Of a stretch of 54,411 nucleotides of DNA, positions 7,808 through 22,000 are shown in pieces. The stretch comes from an uncultured Methanosarcinales archaeon. GTDB taxonomy: Archaea > Nanobdellota > Nanobdellia > Woesearchaeales > GW2011-AR15. Made by a program: the position numbers and the translations under genes. A model generated the notes under the pieces. It was given only the letters and a program-made list of their open reading frames with translations, was not told where the DNA came from and did no database searches. The DNA is taken from contig CAZHYZ010000003.1 in NCBI GenBank assembly GCA_964537195.1, positions 1,355 to 55,765 of the forward strand. Direction: 5' to 3'. The first letter of the stretch is position 1; the number at the start of each line of letters is the position of its first letter.

Positions 7808-10050
7808 TTTCTTTTGTATTTTATGACAACTAATCTTATGAGGATCATAATTGGAATAAGCAATAATAGGAAATAACCTGCATAACTGAATATTTTATTA
7901 TCAGTAAAATAACTAAGTCTCTTGAATTGTTCCTGAGATAAGCCTAAGTGGATATCTAATTTTACAACATCTCCGGTTATTTTTGTCCTAATTTTCTCCT
8001 CATAAGATCCTTTTCCAACAGTAATCTCAATATCATCACCAATTCTTCCATTAACAACTTCTGCATATGTGTTTAAATCACTTTGAGTCTGGCCTTTGAC
8101 AGTATCATTGGTCCTCAGATTCATAATCTTATATTCTAAACCCTGTAGTGCTGGTATATTCTCTGAAAGGAATATTCTTCCTGTGATAACAAAAGGACTC
8201 TTTAGATATGTTGTATTTTGTGCATAGAATTTCTGTTTCATCTCCTTCTGTAAAGAAAGCCAATCTTTCTTCAGGGCAACAGCAAAAACTCCTAAATTAT
8301 CTACATCTGATTCATAATAATAATTATCATTATCTTCATCCACTACACTGGTAGATTGCTCCACCCATTTTTCTCCATTTAGTTCATAATAATAAAGAAC
8401 TACATCTTTAGAATCATTCTGACCAAGCCAATTTTTATCTACTTTAAATGAAATTATGCTGTCCTGTTCATCAAGACTATTCACTATCAGATATTTATAG
8501 AGATTATCTTTTGGTTTCACATTATCAATTTCTTGTTTAGTTGCAAGAATATCCAAATTCCTATTATCTGAATCAGTATATACTCTGTCATTATTCGTAG
8601 TTGTCTTAACTTGAACTGTGTCTTTACTTGATGTAGTCAATAAATATCCTTCTCTCTCACTCACTGTAACATAGAACACTTGTATGTCGTCTAATTCAGA
8701 ATCATCTACTTTTACAACTATTCTAAATGTGCCTGGTTCTAGTGGCAACCAGAAAAGATTGCCATTTCTTGGATTGATAAACATAAATCTTTCTCTCTCA
8801 ACTAAAGAATATGTTAATGTGTCTCCGTCTTCATCAAATGCATCCACATCATACTTATACAAATTCCATTGATATGCCGTTAATATTGGCTCACTTGTAA
8901 TAACTGGAGCATCATTTATGTTGATTACTTGTAAAGTATAGTTCTGTACATCATATCCCCCGTAGTTATCCTGTGCTTTAATCCTAATATCTTGTGTACC
9001 TGTATCACCATTCTCCGGTAACCAGGATATTTCTCCAGTTACATTATTAATGTTCATACTCTGGGGTGCTTGTTCTAATGAATAAGCTATGTCGTCTCCA
9101 TCTGCATCCTCAGCATCAACATCATAAAAGTATTGTTCATCCTCTAAAACACTTGTAACAGGTTCTGATATTATAGTTGGATTAAAGTTCTCAAATTCAT
9201 TAACAATAATTGTATAAGTCTGAGTTGCTCCTGTAGAATTATCATATACTGCAACTGTAACATTATAATAACCTGTCTGTTGTGGGATCCAACTTATTAC
9301 ATTAAGATTAATTGTCATGCCTTGGGGTTTCTCTAATAATTCGTATTGTAAATCTTCAGAATCTTCATCTGTTGCTTCAGTTGCATATTCATATAATCTT
9401 TGAGCAGTTGCTGTTGTAACTGGATTTGATGTTATGACCGGGGCATCATTTACCTCGATAACTTCTAAAGAATAACTTTGTTCAACTGTATGTGTGCCAT
9501 CTGACACCTTAATTAAAACATTATGTTCACCAATATCATTAACATCCGGTGTCCAGGTTATCAGGCCGGTTTCATTATCAATATTCATGCGCTGAGGTCC
9601 AACTACAGAATAAGACAATGTATTTTCATCAACAGCTCCCACTTGATATTCGTATAAAGAGTCTTCATAAGCATTTAAAACAGGGCTCGAGATTATTTCA
9701 GGAGGAGTATTTGGTTGTGAAAGATTTAAAATTAAATCAAAGTTGTGCATTACTCCTTGTATGACTAATGATTCTGAATTCTGATGATAATCTGTCCATA
9801 CTTTAACCATAACTGTGTCTCCACTATTACCTTTTATTGTAGCTGAGTAAGTACCATCTATTCTCAAATTATCTTCAACATAAAACCCTGAATCAAGGTT
9901 CTCCATAGAAAACATGACATTCTGATCTGCTTTTGTGACACCATCAACATCATAGACAGTACCATCCAAACCAAGAGGAACTGGATAAGCAACCACACTA
10001 GCAACTATTAGGAAAAAGTACAATATCCAGATTATTTTCTTATGTTTCAT
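7804..10050 (-). CDS. Membrane-anchored surface protein with four cadherin/He_PIG-like Ig repeats and a PGF-pre-PGF-like domain
   Basis: Repeats of NDAPVITSxP...YxYDVDAxDEDGDxLxYSL...GxIxWxP. ISFKVDKNWL...DVVLY...YYES...LGVFAV resembles PGF-pre-PGF. C-terminal TM followed by KYKRK. Confidence 0.82.
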   Translation of the reverse strand: MKHKKIIWILYFFLIVASVVAYPVPLGLDGTVYDVDGVTKADQNVMFSMENLDSGFYVEDNLRIDGTYSATIKGNSGDTVMVKVWTDYHQNSESLVIQGVMHNFDLILNLSQPNTPPEIISSPVLNAYEDSLYEYQVGAVDENTLSYSVVGPQRMNIDNETGLITWTPDVNDIGEHNVLIKVSDGTHTVEQSYSLEVIEVNDAPVITSNPVTTATAQRLYEYATEATDEDSEDLQYELLEKPQGMTINLNVISWIPQQTGYYNVTVAVYDNSTGATQTYTIIVNEFENFNPTIISEPVTSVLEDEQYFYDVDAEDADGDDIAYSLEQAPQSMNINNVTGEISWLPENGDTGTQDIRIKAQDNYGGYDVQNYTLQVININDAPVITSEPILTAYQWNLYKYDVDAFDEDGDTLTYSLVERERFMFINPRNGNLFWLPLEPGTFRIVVKVDDSELDDIQVFYVTVSEREGYLLTTSSKDTVQVKTTTNNDRVYTDSDNRNLDILATKQEIDNVKPKDNLYKYLIVNSLDEQDSIISFKVDKNWLGQNDSKDVVLYYYELNGEKWVEQSTSVVDEDNDNYYYESDVDNLGVFAVALKKDWLSLQKEMKQKFYAQNTTYLKSPFVITGRIFLSENIPALQGLEYKIMNLRTNDTVKGQTQSDLNTYAEVVNGRIGDDIEITVGKGSYEEKIRTKITGDVVKLDIHLGLSQEQFKRLSYFTDNKIFSYAGYFLLLLIPIMILIRLVVIKYKRK

Positions 10051-13000
10051 TGTTTATTAGGATCATGTGTCCAGTTAGCTTGTTGATTTACATCAAAGTA
10101 ATATCCTTGCATTGGATTTAAGTAAATGAAATTCTTATTGTTGAAACTTGGGAACCATCCCCACCCCGGATAGTAAACTGTGACTTCAAATTTATTTTGA
10201 GGTGTATTGTATCTTAAAATAACATCAACGGAATTATAGGGAGTCACATCAATAGGCTCCACTATAGATTCATCGTATAAAAGTGTATCATATGGAGAAT
10301 ACCATCCCATAACATTGTATAAATCTTCAAGTCCATAAGTCATATTATGAACAGGAACAATCCCAAAGAAAGTAAGATTACATGTCTTATTAACTTCTGC
10401 CCAATACCCTCTGCCTGCTTCTAACTCAGTAAATTGCTCAGAACCTGTGGCAGGATCCCATGCCTTATTAATGTAGTCTGTCCTATCAAATGATTGGTCT
10501 GTGGAATTATATCTCCATAATGACACAATACTTTTACTTGGTTGAACAAAAATATCCCGACCACTTGTACCATTGTATAATAACCAAGGCGTGATATTAA
10601 ATGGTGTGCTTATTAAATTCCATGTTGGAATTAACTCTATTGTGTGTTTTCCTGCGGTCTTAGCACTTAATGCTACTGTGCTTCCTTTTACTGTTCCAAC
10701 TTTATAATATCTTCTTTCTGTTGTGAATGCCTGATAATCTGTCCAATTCAAATCTGTAATTCCCGTTACATTGGGTGTTTCGGAGAAACCTCTTGTATAA
10801 TTATTCGTAATGTAAATATTATATGACTCAGCAAACAATGCAGATGACCAGTTTAACTCCATGGTTGTATTACTAGTTGTTATATTAATACTAATATATG
10901 TAGGACCTGAAAATACAGTAAAGTCATTTGCTGAAACCATCCTTGAATTCTTTGCCAAATCAGTACAGTTAACTGTCCAGTTGTATGTTCCTGGTGTTGT
11001 GATTCCATAAATAGAGCCTGCTGTTGCACCATCATTAACTGAAATATTTGAGGCAACTTCAGCATCATTTACAAACACATCACACACAGAGTAAGGTGCA
11101 AAGTTATCATTAACTGTAAATGAAAAATTAATATCACCAGAACTAACATTATCATCGTCTGCAGGATAATCTAAATCTATTGTTGGACTTCTTACATCCA
11201 CATTTAATAGCCATGTATCACTAAATGCTGAATTATCAACAGAATCATAACATTGAACTGCCCATTCATGATTACCTTCTCTTATTGTCTTTGGACCAAA
11301 AGTATTATTAACAATATTTTGGGGGCTTGTGTTAGTTTCATTTAAATGGAATCCAATATCAGACCAATCTCCCCACAGACTACAATTATATAGAGAGGTA
11401 TCGTTTGGATAATATTTGAAGGTAATACTCTGATAATTCAACCAAGAATTATTTGTCGGAGAAACTAATGAAACTTCAGGCCCTGTCGTATCAATATAGA
11501 AATAAGCATATCCTGTTATATTAGAGCCATCATCACTTGTTAATATATTGCCTTGTGGATCTGTCAAGTGCACTGTTGCTCTATATTGTGCTGTCTGTCT
11601 TGTTAATGTATTAAATCCGGGGCCTTCTCCAGGTCCGTTCCATATTGAAGAAATATCAAGGAAATCATCAAAAGATACATTTCTCTTTTTTTGTGTTTTT
11701 GTATCATTAACAATTGTCTTAACAGGTGTCCATAATCCTGAAGCGTTGCGTTCAACAGACATCACTAAATAACCTGAGATATTTGTACTGCCGACATCAT
11801 TTAATCTACCGACAGCATCAAATTGATCTTCTTCTCCAACTTCCGGTATGATTTTCCATTCATCTCCATAGAAAGGATAACACTCTGTATCAAGCATATT
11901 ACCTGAAGGATCTCCTGCACCACAGGTAGTAGGATCTATTAAAACATACAAGTCATTGTCTCCTGTATTCTCAGCAAAGTTTGCAGTTAATTCATAATAT
12001 CTACCCTTCACAGTTGAATATGTAGATTGAGAACAAGTTGTACTCTGACAAGCATCATTACTAATAACTGTGGTTCCATCAATATAAAGATTAGAACCAT
12101 CATCAGAAGCAATTGCAAAATCTTCACTTCCTGTTTCCTGTCCTTTATAATAGCACCAAAGCTCATGACTAAACCCTTCTTCACTTTGTCCTCCTCCAGC
12201 ACAATCTATGTTTGGCAAATTCAAAGATGAATAATATCCATTATTGTCCTCATTAGCAGGAGTGACATCTGCTGTAAAACAAGATTCAGTATCAGCATCA
12301 CAGAAATAATTCGCTCCATTTATTTCAGGCTCAATTTCACTACCTTGATAAGTATCATCATAATAAATGTAACAAGTCTTGTCTTCATTTGCTGTAAAGT
12401 TAAGTGCTGCTAATCCTTGTAATTCTGTTACCCAACCATTTGAAGTAGTTAAAGCATATGCATCCCAATGCACTTGTTTATCATCACAATACATTATTGT
12501 GTTGTTCTCATTACTATCAGGCAGCTTACCTTCTTCAATTGTAAAGTTAATCCTAATATGCTCATCTGTTCTTGCTAGGTTCTGAGGTTCTGATAAATTA
12601 ACCTGTGTCCTGTAACCAAAGTTAGAATTGTCCCAGCCTTCTACGAATAACCCTGTAATATTTACTATCTCATTAGAACCATAATATTGCTTTAGAGTTG
12701 TATAATTAATTGAAGCATTTGCCCTGATTTCGAAGAAATCAACTTCAGAAACATTCTCAAATCCTCCTGTATTATTCACTAAAACTGTGAAGTTGTAATA
12801 ACCTCTGGTCCAAGTATTGTTATATTCACTCACATATGTTCCTGACACAAGATCCATATCTGTTGTACTTGAAAACAATACGGGATTAGTAACATTCGAC
12901 CTTACAGAATCTACGGGAATACCACTTGTTGCATTGGCATATATTACTACTGATTGTCCATAACCTGTTACTTTGGGAATAACATTTGTACTGGTGTTGA

Positions 13001-16000
13001 TTCTGTCTCTTACTGTAATGTTAATTGATGCATTTGAACTTAAAGTATAAATAACATTGCTGCCCGGATAACTTACATTAATCTGGAAAGCATTCTGTCC
13101 GAGTGGTGCCCATGGAGGAATATCATAATAGATAGTGGCCCAACCCGTGCTATTTGTCTCGTTTGTAAACATGTTCTGGAAATATATTGTCTCATTCTTA
13201 ACTTCAGAACTATTATCCCATATTAACCTGGCATTTACCCTTATAGTGTCTCCTCTGTATGGATTATTGTCGCTGACTTTAATCTCTGAAAAATTAGTTG
13301 TGGCAAACACAGTTATAGTTTTTCTGTCATCATCAAAATTAGCATCCGGTGAATATGTACTCAAGACAACATCCTGAGGACCCAATTCAATTGTCTTTGA
13401 TGTGTTTACTGATATGTTATTCCAGAATTTCTCATTAGGATCTAATGAAGAAGTAAATGCTTCTAAACCACCTGATATGTTGGTCCAACCTGTTGGTAAT
13501 GTCCAATTGAGTTCAACACTATTCAATGTAACAGAACCGATGTTGATAGCATATCCTGTCAGATTAAATAAATCACTTCTTGTAATATTCTCCGGATAAT
13601 CAATGATAAATGCTACCAACGGTTTAACTTGTAGTATTCTTGTTTTGATTTCATTCCATCTGTGATACTCATTACCGGGGTTGACATATTCTATAGTCAT
13701 ATTAATCCCATAATCTCCTATCGGAGTGCTGCCTGTCGTGCTAACATTAAACATAATTTCTGTAAAAGTTCTGTTTTCCAATTCACCAACATTACATATT
13801 AACCCAGGTTGATCATAGCATGAACAACTTAATCCTGTAACAGACGGACAATTAATAGTTATATTAGCTCCTGTCAGATTTTTGGTCCATGGATTAGTTA
13901 CATTAGCAACATATTGTGTGGTTTCTCCTGGAGTAATCTCACTTTCATTGAACCTCGCAGTAATATTATTTGGCACATGATAAATCAAGAAATCTCTTTT
14001 ATAATTTAATGGTGGAACGCCTCCTTTACTCCAGTTAATCGTGATGTTCCATCTATGACGACCCACAGGAGTTAGAGTAGTAATATTATAGCCATTATCT
14101 GAATTATTATATTCTGTTTTACAAAGTTCTCCCTCATCAAGACGACCACATGAATTTTCCTGTTCTGTAAACCAACTCACAATGGAATTCAATCTGTTCA
14201 ACACATTCAGTTTAACTCTGACATTAGAAGCATTTGCCCTGCCTGTGTTATTCACAGTTATATTGACAGAGTCAATTACATCATATGTTTCATACTCATC
14301 TAATGAATAAGACATGTTGTTCTCATGTTCAACTTTATCTAATGTTACGTTCGGTACAAGCACATTAATACTTGAATTAACACTACCATAATTAACATCA
14401 TAATAAAGAGATGGCTGATTCATAATAGTACAATTCAGTGAAGTATATCCAACACCAGATATGTTCCATGTTCTTGTTGCAATACCTGTTGCATCTGTAT
14501 TATTAATCCCTAAAAAAATACCACCAGCATAGAACCTTACAGGATAATTCTGAACATTCTCAGTAGTATTGTGGTCTGTTACTTTACATGTTAAATCTAT
14601 TAATGTATTAACAGGATAACTACCTCCAATGGGGCTTTCATACGAAAGATTGCTCCAGCCAAATACCTCAAATTGTAAAAGACTACTGGCTTTTATGTTG
14701 CTGTATGTGTCATTTGCGTAAACAGTTACATTATATTCGCCTATAATCTCTGTATCACTGAATAAAGCTGAGAATTCTGTAGAGACATTATCCATGTCTG
14801 CAATAAAGGAATTGCCATCTGGTTTTGTTATGTTAGCCCATACAGAATCTAATTCTAAGTTATCATTAACTAAAGCAGATATATTTACAGATTCATTTCT
14901 ATATATTTTAGTTGATATTACTGTTTCATCTGATATTACAGGAGGAGTAATATCTCTGACTGTAATATTGCTTATGTTTGTTGAAGCAACAGCCCCTTGT
15001 ACATCTGTTGCTGTGAAATAAAATTGTATCCATTTACCTTCTGCTCCTGAAGGAATATTCTTTGAAGCTCTGCTCCAATTATATTTTCCTCCAAAGTTTC
15101 CTGAATCCTGTAATGTGAAAGCAGGTTGTCCTTGTATCTTCCAATAGAAGCTCCAGCTTTGTAAACCAAGATTGTCTGTCCAGTTAGCTGAGAAATTCAC
15201 AACAGTATTTGGATTTGGTGTGGTGTTGGTGACATCAATAAAATACCAGATAGGTGGTGTTATATCTACATAAAATTTGTATGTAGAGTTAATAGGATTG
15301 TCATCTCCATCTATCAAGACGTTTCCATCATTATCTGTTAAAGCAACTTTTGCCCTGTAATATCCTGATTCAGAATTTCCTGTGTTCCAGCCAGCGCCTT
15401 CTCCTGGCCCGTTCCATATATCAGCTAATTCAAAGAATTCATTAATGGTGAAATTCCTCAATTTTTTAGTTTTTGTATCATTTAAAACTGTATAATTGTA
15501 TCTCCAAATCCCTGTAACATTTGAGTCAATCGTCATAATAAAATAACCTGATAAGGCTGTATCTCCTGTATTAGAAATTGAAGATATTGACTCTTCTAAT
15601 GTTTCTCCATTGTTGGTTGTTATGGTAGGATCATAAATTGTGTTGTTGTAGAACCACAATCCATAGTTGTAATCTGAATCAGCAGCAGTAGTTACATAAT
15701 AATAGTTTGCGGCAATATAATCTGTGCCTGCAATAAACTGATTGCCTCCGTCCCAACCATTTTCCCAACCTACAGCAGTTTCACCACCTGAATCCCAATA
15801 GTTAACATGCATTGGCATACTATTGTTATTAGAATCCTTGACATACTTTCGTGCGACTGCAAATGCATCAGGATCAGAACCATCCACTCTGTAAGCCCAG
15901 AAACCTGTATCAAAATCATAAGGATTTGATGAACCTTGGGTCCTATCAGACCTCTCATTTGAACCTGAACCATCTACTGTGTCTGTCTCAATATATGTAG

Positions 16001-19000
16001 GATGCGAACCTGTCGCTGTAAAAGTATAACCTCCAGGAACATTCAATTCATCACCAAGCTGCATACCATTTGTAGTGGACATTCTGATTCCTTTGAAAGT
16101 TCTAATTTCTCTGCTGTTTGCATAAACATGATATGTTGTATTGGCTGTTGCCACATCTGACATTCCTCCAATACCATTTATTATCACAGTACATTTCACA
16201 GGACCACAATTTCTTTTTACAAAACTACCTGATGTAAAGTCCTGAATGTCCCAGTCATTAGTTACTCTCCAATAATTCCAATACCAGTCTGCAGTAACAT
16301 CCACTTCATTACCATCTTTACTTCTAATATCCTCTATAACACCTGAGTTATCTATTGTGAGAGACAAATATTTGTTATTAATAACTGAATTACCTGCATT
16401 GTGTGTCCAGTTAAATTCCCCATCATCGTAGACTGGAGCAGGTTTAGAGTTATCTGTTGTATCAAAGTAAACATAGTACGTCCTGTCTTCATTGTAGTCA
16501 GTATGGCCCTCCATTATCCAAACTAATTCAATATAAGCATTATCCTCCCAGGAAAGGGGCATATCTGTAACATTATCTGCTTGACTCTTTACCTCAGTAT
16601 TAGAATTCCCATCCCACTCAATTACTCTTATAGAATTATTATCTATACTGCCAGAACCTCCTAAGTCCTCAAGTTCTTTAGTAAAGTTTATTATGTATTC
16701 AACAGGATAGTCAGACCTGTTGGATGAACCTGCATTAATTGTTACAGGAAGTCTATAACTCCAGGAAGTATTCCACCAGGGAACATCTGCTTCACTCAAG
16801 TTTACAACCTGATTCGGACCATAAGAATCCTGTTCTGTCTGTATTACAATAGAAGCAGTTGAATTTAATGAAAAACTAAAGATGTCTGATTCATTGGTGT
16901 TTCCTAGACCATCTGTTGTTATTATTGTGAAATTATAAGTTGCAACTCTCCATGTATTGTTGAAATGACCTTCAAAAGTAATCTCTCCTGTCTTGTTGTA
17001 GAGCTCAAAAACTTCATTACCATCTGGCTTTGTAACATTTGCTTTAACAGATAATATGCCGTTGAAATCTGTTGCATTTGCCCGAATCAAGACTTGTTGC
17101 CCAAGACCTGTATAATTAGGCAGGGCCTGTATTGCCCTTGATATTGGCGGCGCTATACTTACTGTGAATGATCTTGTTTCAGAAGTATTTGTATTGTTTG
17201 CATTATCTGTACAAGTTACATTCCAGAAATATACTCCGTCCTGGTTGAATTCCCTTGCTAAATCAACCGCAGTATTATTATTTACAGAAATATCTGTCTG
17301 ATTTACAGTATTATTAATCACTAAAGTACAATTTGTCTGGAGATCAAAGTTGTCTGTAGCTGAGAAAGTGAAGTTGAACTTACTCCCCACTAGTTGAGTG
17401 TTACCCGGAAAACTTAGGTTAATTGTTGGTTCTGTAGTATCAATTCTCAAAGAGAACACTCCTGAACTATTAGAAAGTTCCGCAGAATCATAACATGATA
17501 CCTGCCAATCATAATCTCCGTCATCAAAACCAGAGACAGAAAAATTATTCCTGGCATTATTGAAAATTGTATTATTGGTTGTATTAATTTGGTTATTCAG
17601 ATAAAGACTACAATTACCAAAGCCTATATTCTCTGTTACATTGTAAAAGAAATCATGTGCATTAAGATTCGTAAGAGTGTTATTGAAAGGATAATCCAGA
17701 ATTATTCCTGGAGGTAAAATATCCTCATAATTTATTTCTAACCTTGGTCTCTCACTCAGAGTAGTATGTTCACTGCTTCTATAATAACGTCTTGTCTCAG
17801 TGGTTCCTTCTACACTATCCAATATAGTCCAACCAAAGTTGCTTGACTTATTATCAGCAAATTCCTGGACATTCGAAGTAACATTATAAGTTACCCAGCT
17901 GTCTAAATCTGAACTGTCAAATGTCTGTGTATCTGTTAAAGTTGTATAATCTCCTCCCGCAGTAGTCCATGCATCAGTTGAATTATAATCCTCCCAAGTA
18001 GATTCCAATTCAACCCAAGGTCTTACAGGAGATTGTTGCACCTTGTATAACTCATGTGTTCTTAATCCCGTATCATCACCGCTTGGTATTTCAAAGAACC
18101 ATAATGACAAATTAGCTGAATTAATCTGCACACCCGAAGGTATATAACTTAAATTAAATTGGACCAAGCCACGGGTTGCACTGGATGCTGGATTTGCCTT
18201 ACCTACTGAAATAAATGAAGCTCCTCCAAAGTTATTGTTTGTGTTTTGTTCAGATAAATAAGTATCTGAAGTATTGTCCGGGCCTTGTAAAGTTTCACCG
18301 AATGCAGGGTCTGTTCTGTTTAATGTGAATGTGTAATTTTCTCCCTGAATAAGTCCTGTTCTTATCTGTTCATAAGTTTCAGGGTTGTTACATGACAAGG
18401 AGTCATTAATATCTGTACATTTAAAGAGATGATAACCTGAAGCATTGACTGTAATGTTGGCAGTTGTGAAATTCATGCCGGATAAATCAACAAGATAAGT
18501 TGTAATAAAGTATTCTTCATCATTAGTATCATTTTCTATTCTCACAACACTATATGGGCTTTCTTCATTATGTTCATTGATTATGATTTCTTTTATCTTA
18601 TAATCTTGAGGGACTATTCTTAATTGCAATATCCCCGAAGTGTTCTGGAGAACTGTAACTTCATAATCCACATATTCTTCATCTGTATTCACAACATCTA
18701 TTACTTTATCTTCCGGTGCTTTTCTTAAAAAGTAAGTTGACTCTGTAGCATTGACCATTCCAAGAGTATCATTCGCAAAAAAGTTTATTGTGTGCTGCCC
18801 CCTTAAAGTTAAATTAGAGAAATTAGCTTCAAAAGTATCTCCTGTGGTATGTACTAAATCTAAAGTATAAATATCTCCTTCGGGTGTTGTAACATTTGCA
18901 TAAAGTGTATTGAGGCCAAGAACATCTCTGACAGTAGCACTTATTGTTATATTCTCTGTCAGATTATATTTACTGCCTGCTGTTGGCTGTATGTTTGTAA

Positions 19001-22000
19001 TCTTTGGAGGTTTTGCTACTGTAATATTATACACTATATAATATGATCCTACAACTCCATTAGTATCATTACCATATGCTTTTATTTGGTAATTCTTTCC
19101 TTCGTCTAAGGATAATACACTCCAGCTACAATTATAAGGTTCAGTTATGTCATTACAGGCAAGACTCCAGGATTCTGTCTCATTTCTTCTATATTCAAAA
19201 GTTATCTCAGCTATTCCACTTAAATCTGATGCTGATGCTGCTAAATCATATGAACTATCTGTTATATTTGTAAAGTTCACTGGGTCTGTTATTAAGACAA
19301 CAGGACCTTCTCTGTCAACCGTAATATTATAAACATAGTTGTAATCTCCACCATTGCCAAGTGAATCATTAGCATATGCTCTTACCTGGTAGAACTTGCC
19401 ATCATTCAACAATGTTAGATCCCATGTGCAATTATAAGGAGATTCTTGATCTGTACATATTAAATTCCAGGAAGATGCATCATTTTCTCTGTAATAAAAG
19501 AAAACACTATCTACATCACTCAATAAATCTGTACTTGTTGCATTTATCTCATAAATATTTGTAGTTATATTTGTAAAGTTCACTGGTGTAGTAATTGTTG
19601 TTACAGGTCCTGATCTATCTAAAGTAATATTTGTTACAGTATCATTATCCCCAATGTTACCTAGTGAGTCATTACCTCTGGCTCTTATCTGATAAGAATC
19701 CCCCTCTTCTAATAATGAAACATCCCATGAGCATGAATAAGGCAAAGTATTATCATCACATGTAAATATCCAGGGTTCTGTTTTATTTTGCCTGTAATAA
19801 AATAAAACTGTATCCATTAAACTAAGAGCATCTGTAGATGTTGCCTGTAAAAGATAACTGTTTTCGGAAATATTGGTGAAATCAACAGGATCAGTTATAT
19901 TTGTCACAGGTCCTGTTCTGTCTATTGTAATATTATAGACAGTATAATTTTCTCCTAGGTTTCCAAGAGTATCATTTGCACCGACTCTTATTTCATAGTG
20001 TTCTCCATCATCTAATGAAGATAAGTCCCATGTGTGTCTGTATGGCTCAGTATAATCTGTGGATAAATAATTCCATGAAACAGTATCATTTTTTCTGTAA
20101 TAGAATGAAACTCCATCTACTTCCCCACTTATATCTGTTGCTGTTGCTGTGATACTGTATGAATTAGAAGTTATGTTGGTAAAATTAACTGGATCTGTAA
20201 TAGTTGTTATTGGTCCCTGCCTGTCTAATGTGACATTATAAACTGTGTAATAAGGACCCAGGTTGCCGAGAGTATCATTTGCTCTGGCTCTTATTTGATA
20301 ATTTCTTCCATCATCTAATAATGTCAAACTCCAACTGCAATTATACGGTTGTGAATTACCACTACAAGCTGTGTTCCATGAATCAGTTTCTAATCTTCTG
20401 TATTCAAAAGTTACTTTGTCTACACCTGAATAAACATCTACAGAGTTTGCAGCTAAATAATATGAATCCTTAGAAATATTGGTAAAATTAACAGGATCTG
20501 TAATTGTTGTATCAGGTCCTTCTAAATCTAATGTAAAATTCCTTGTAATACTTGTATTTACATTAGGAATATCATCTGCACAAGTAACGTTCCAATAATA
20601 ATAACCGCTTGATAAAGTTACAGAGTAATTCTCTGCTGTATTATTCAATGAAGCTAAAGGACTCGGATTCTGTATAAAATTATTCAGAGTAACATTACAT
20701 AACAAAGAAGTGTCAAATTTATCTGTTGCCCTGTATGTTAAATTAACATTAGGTGTTGCCAAAGAAACATCATGCCCCGGATATAAGAGATCAACAGTCG
20801 GCTCAGAGAAATCTACTAACAAATATTTAATTACCTCTTTGCTAATTATCATGTTAAAAGTAGTATTTGCTTTAACTTCATGATAACCTTCTTGAGAAGG
20901 AGCAGTGAAAACATAATCATAATTTCCAGAATCATCTGTAAAAGTAGTGGCAAAATCTTCTGTATAACCAGGAGAAGGTGTTGAACTTCCTGTTAAATAA
21001 GTATAATCAAATCTTACACGACCTTCCCCACCAGGACCACCGCAATCATTACCAACATCATTTGTCTTAATACCACACACAGAATAGCCTCCATCTGCAC
21101 TGACATCACTCACATTAATTGAATATGCTCTTAGCCAGACTGTGCCTCCAGCTCCCCCTCCTGGACCGCCGTCCCATACTGGATCTGGAGTGTGTCCGTC
21201 TGCTTTGATTCTGGCATTAGTAATAGTATTGGCAGTAATGAAAACAATACCACCTCCATGTCCTCCCCTCTGACAATAAGTACCTCGAGAATTAACTGGA
21301 GTAATAAATAAGTTGGGTTCACAATTTAAATCATCTGAATCAGAACCTCCTCCACCTCCTCCACCAAAATACATTCCCGAAAGATTAGCAGTACCTATTG
21401 AAATTCCTCCTTCTTCAGGATTTGGACCCGATCCTTGACTTGAATATCCTGTCCCTGCATCTCCTCCAGTAGTACCATAACCTCCGCCTGCTCCTGGATC
21501 TCCACCATCATTATCTGTACAATAAGAACCTCCTCCGCCATTTGCATTATTATATCCTCTCCCATCATCTCCTGCAGCCTGTGTCCTGTCTTGCTGTATA
21601 CCCCAACCTTTAATACCTTCTCCCTGTCCACCATCATCATCATCTTCAGGTCCCGTTGATTGAGTATCACTACTTGAAAATACAGTACCTCCCCTAAAAC
21701 CTCTTGCTGTTGTATTAATATACCCATCCATTGTAACAGTACCTGTTGCCCTAAAAGCAACTATTCCACCTATAGAACCATTCCAATAAGGAGCAGATAT
21801 TGAAGTCCCAGATTGAATTGTCAAGTCTGTGAAATGAGGAATTTTAACAACCTGTGCAACAGAGGATGTATGATTTCCTTCAGCAGGATTCTCTCCTTCA
21901 TATGAATTTGTTATAATAGGATTATAGAAACAATAATCTTTCTGCAAAGTCCTTGTTAAGGAAATATTGTTGTTATCAATATCAGATATAAAAGAAAATT

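Noticed and set aside
19015..20525. Possible CRISPR array or DGR template/variable repeats
   Set aside because: The units are ~300-bp in-frame coding repeats without spacers. There is no adenine-specific mismatch pattern and no cas or reverse transcriptase gene in the window.
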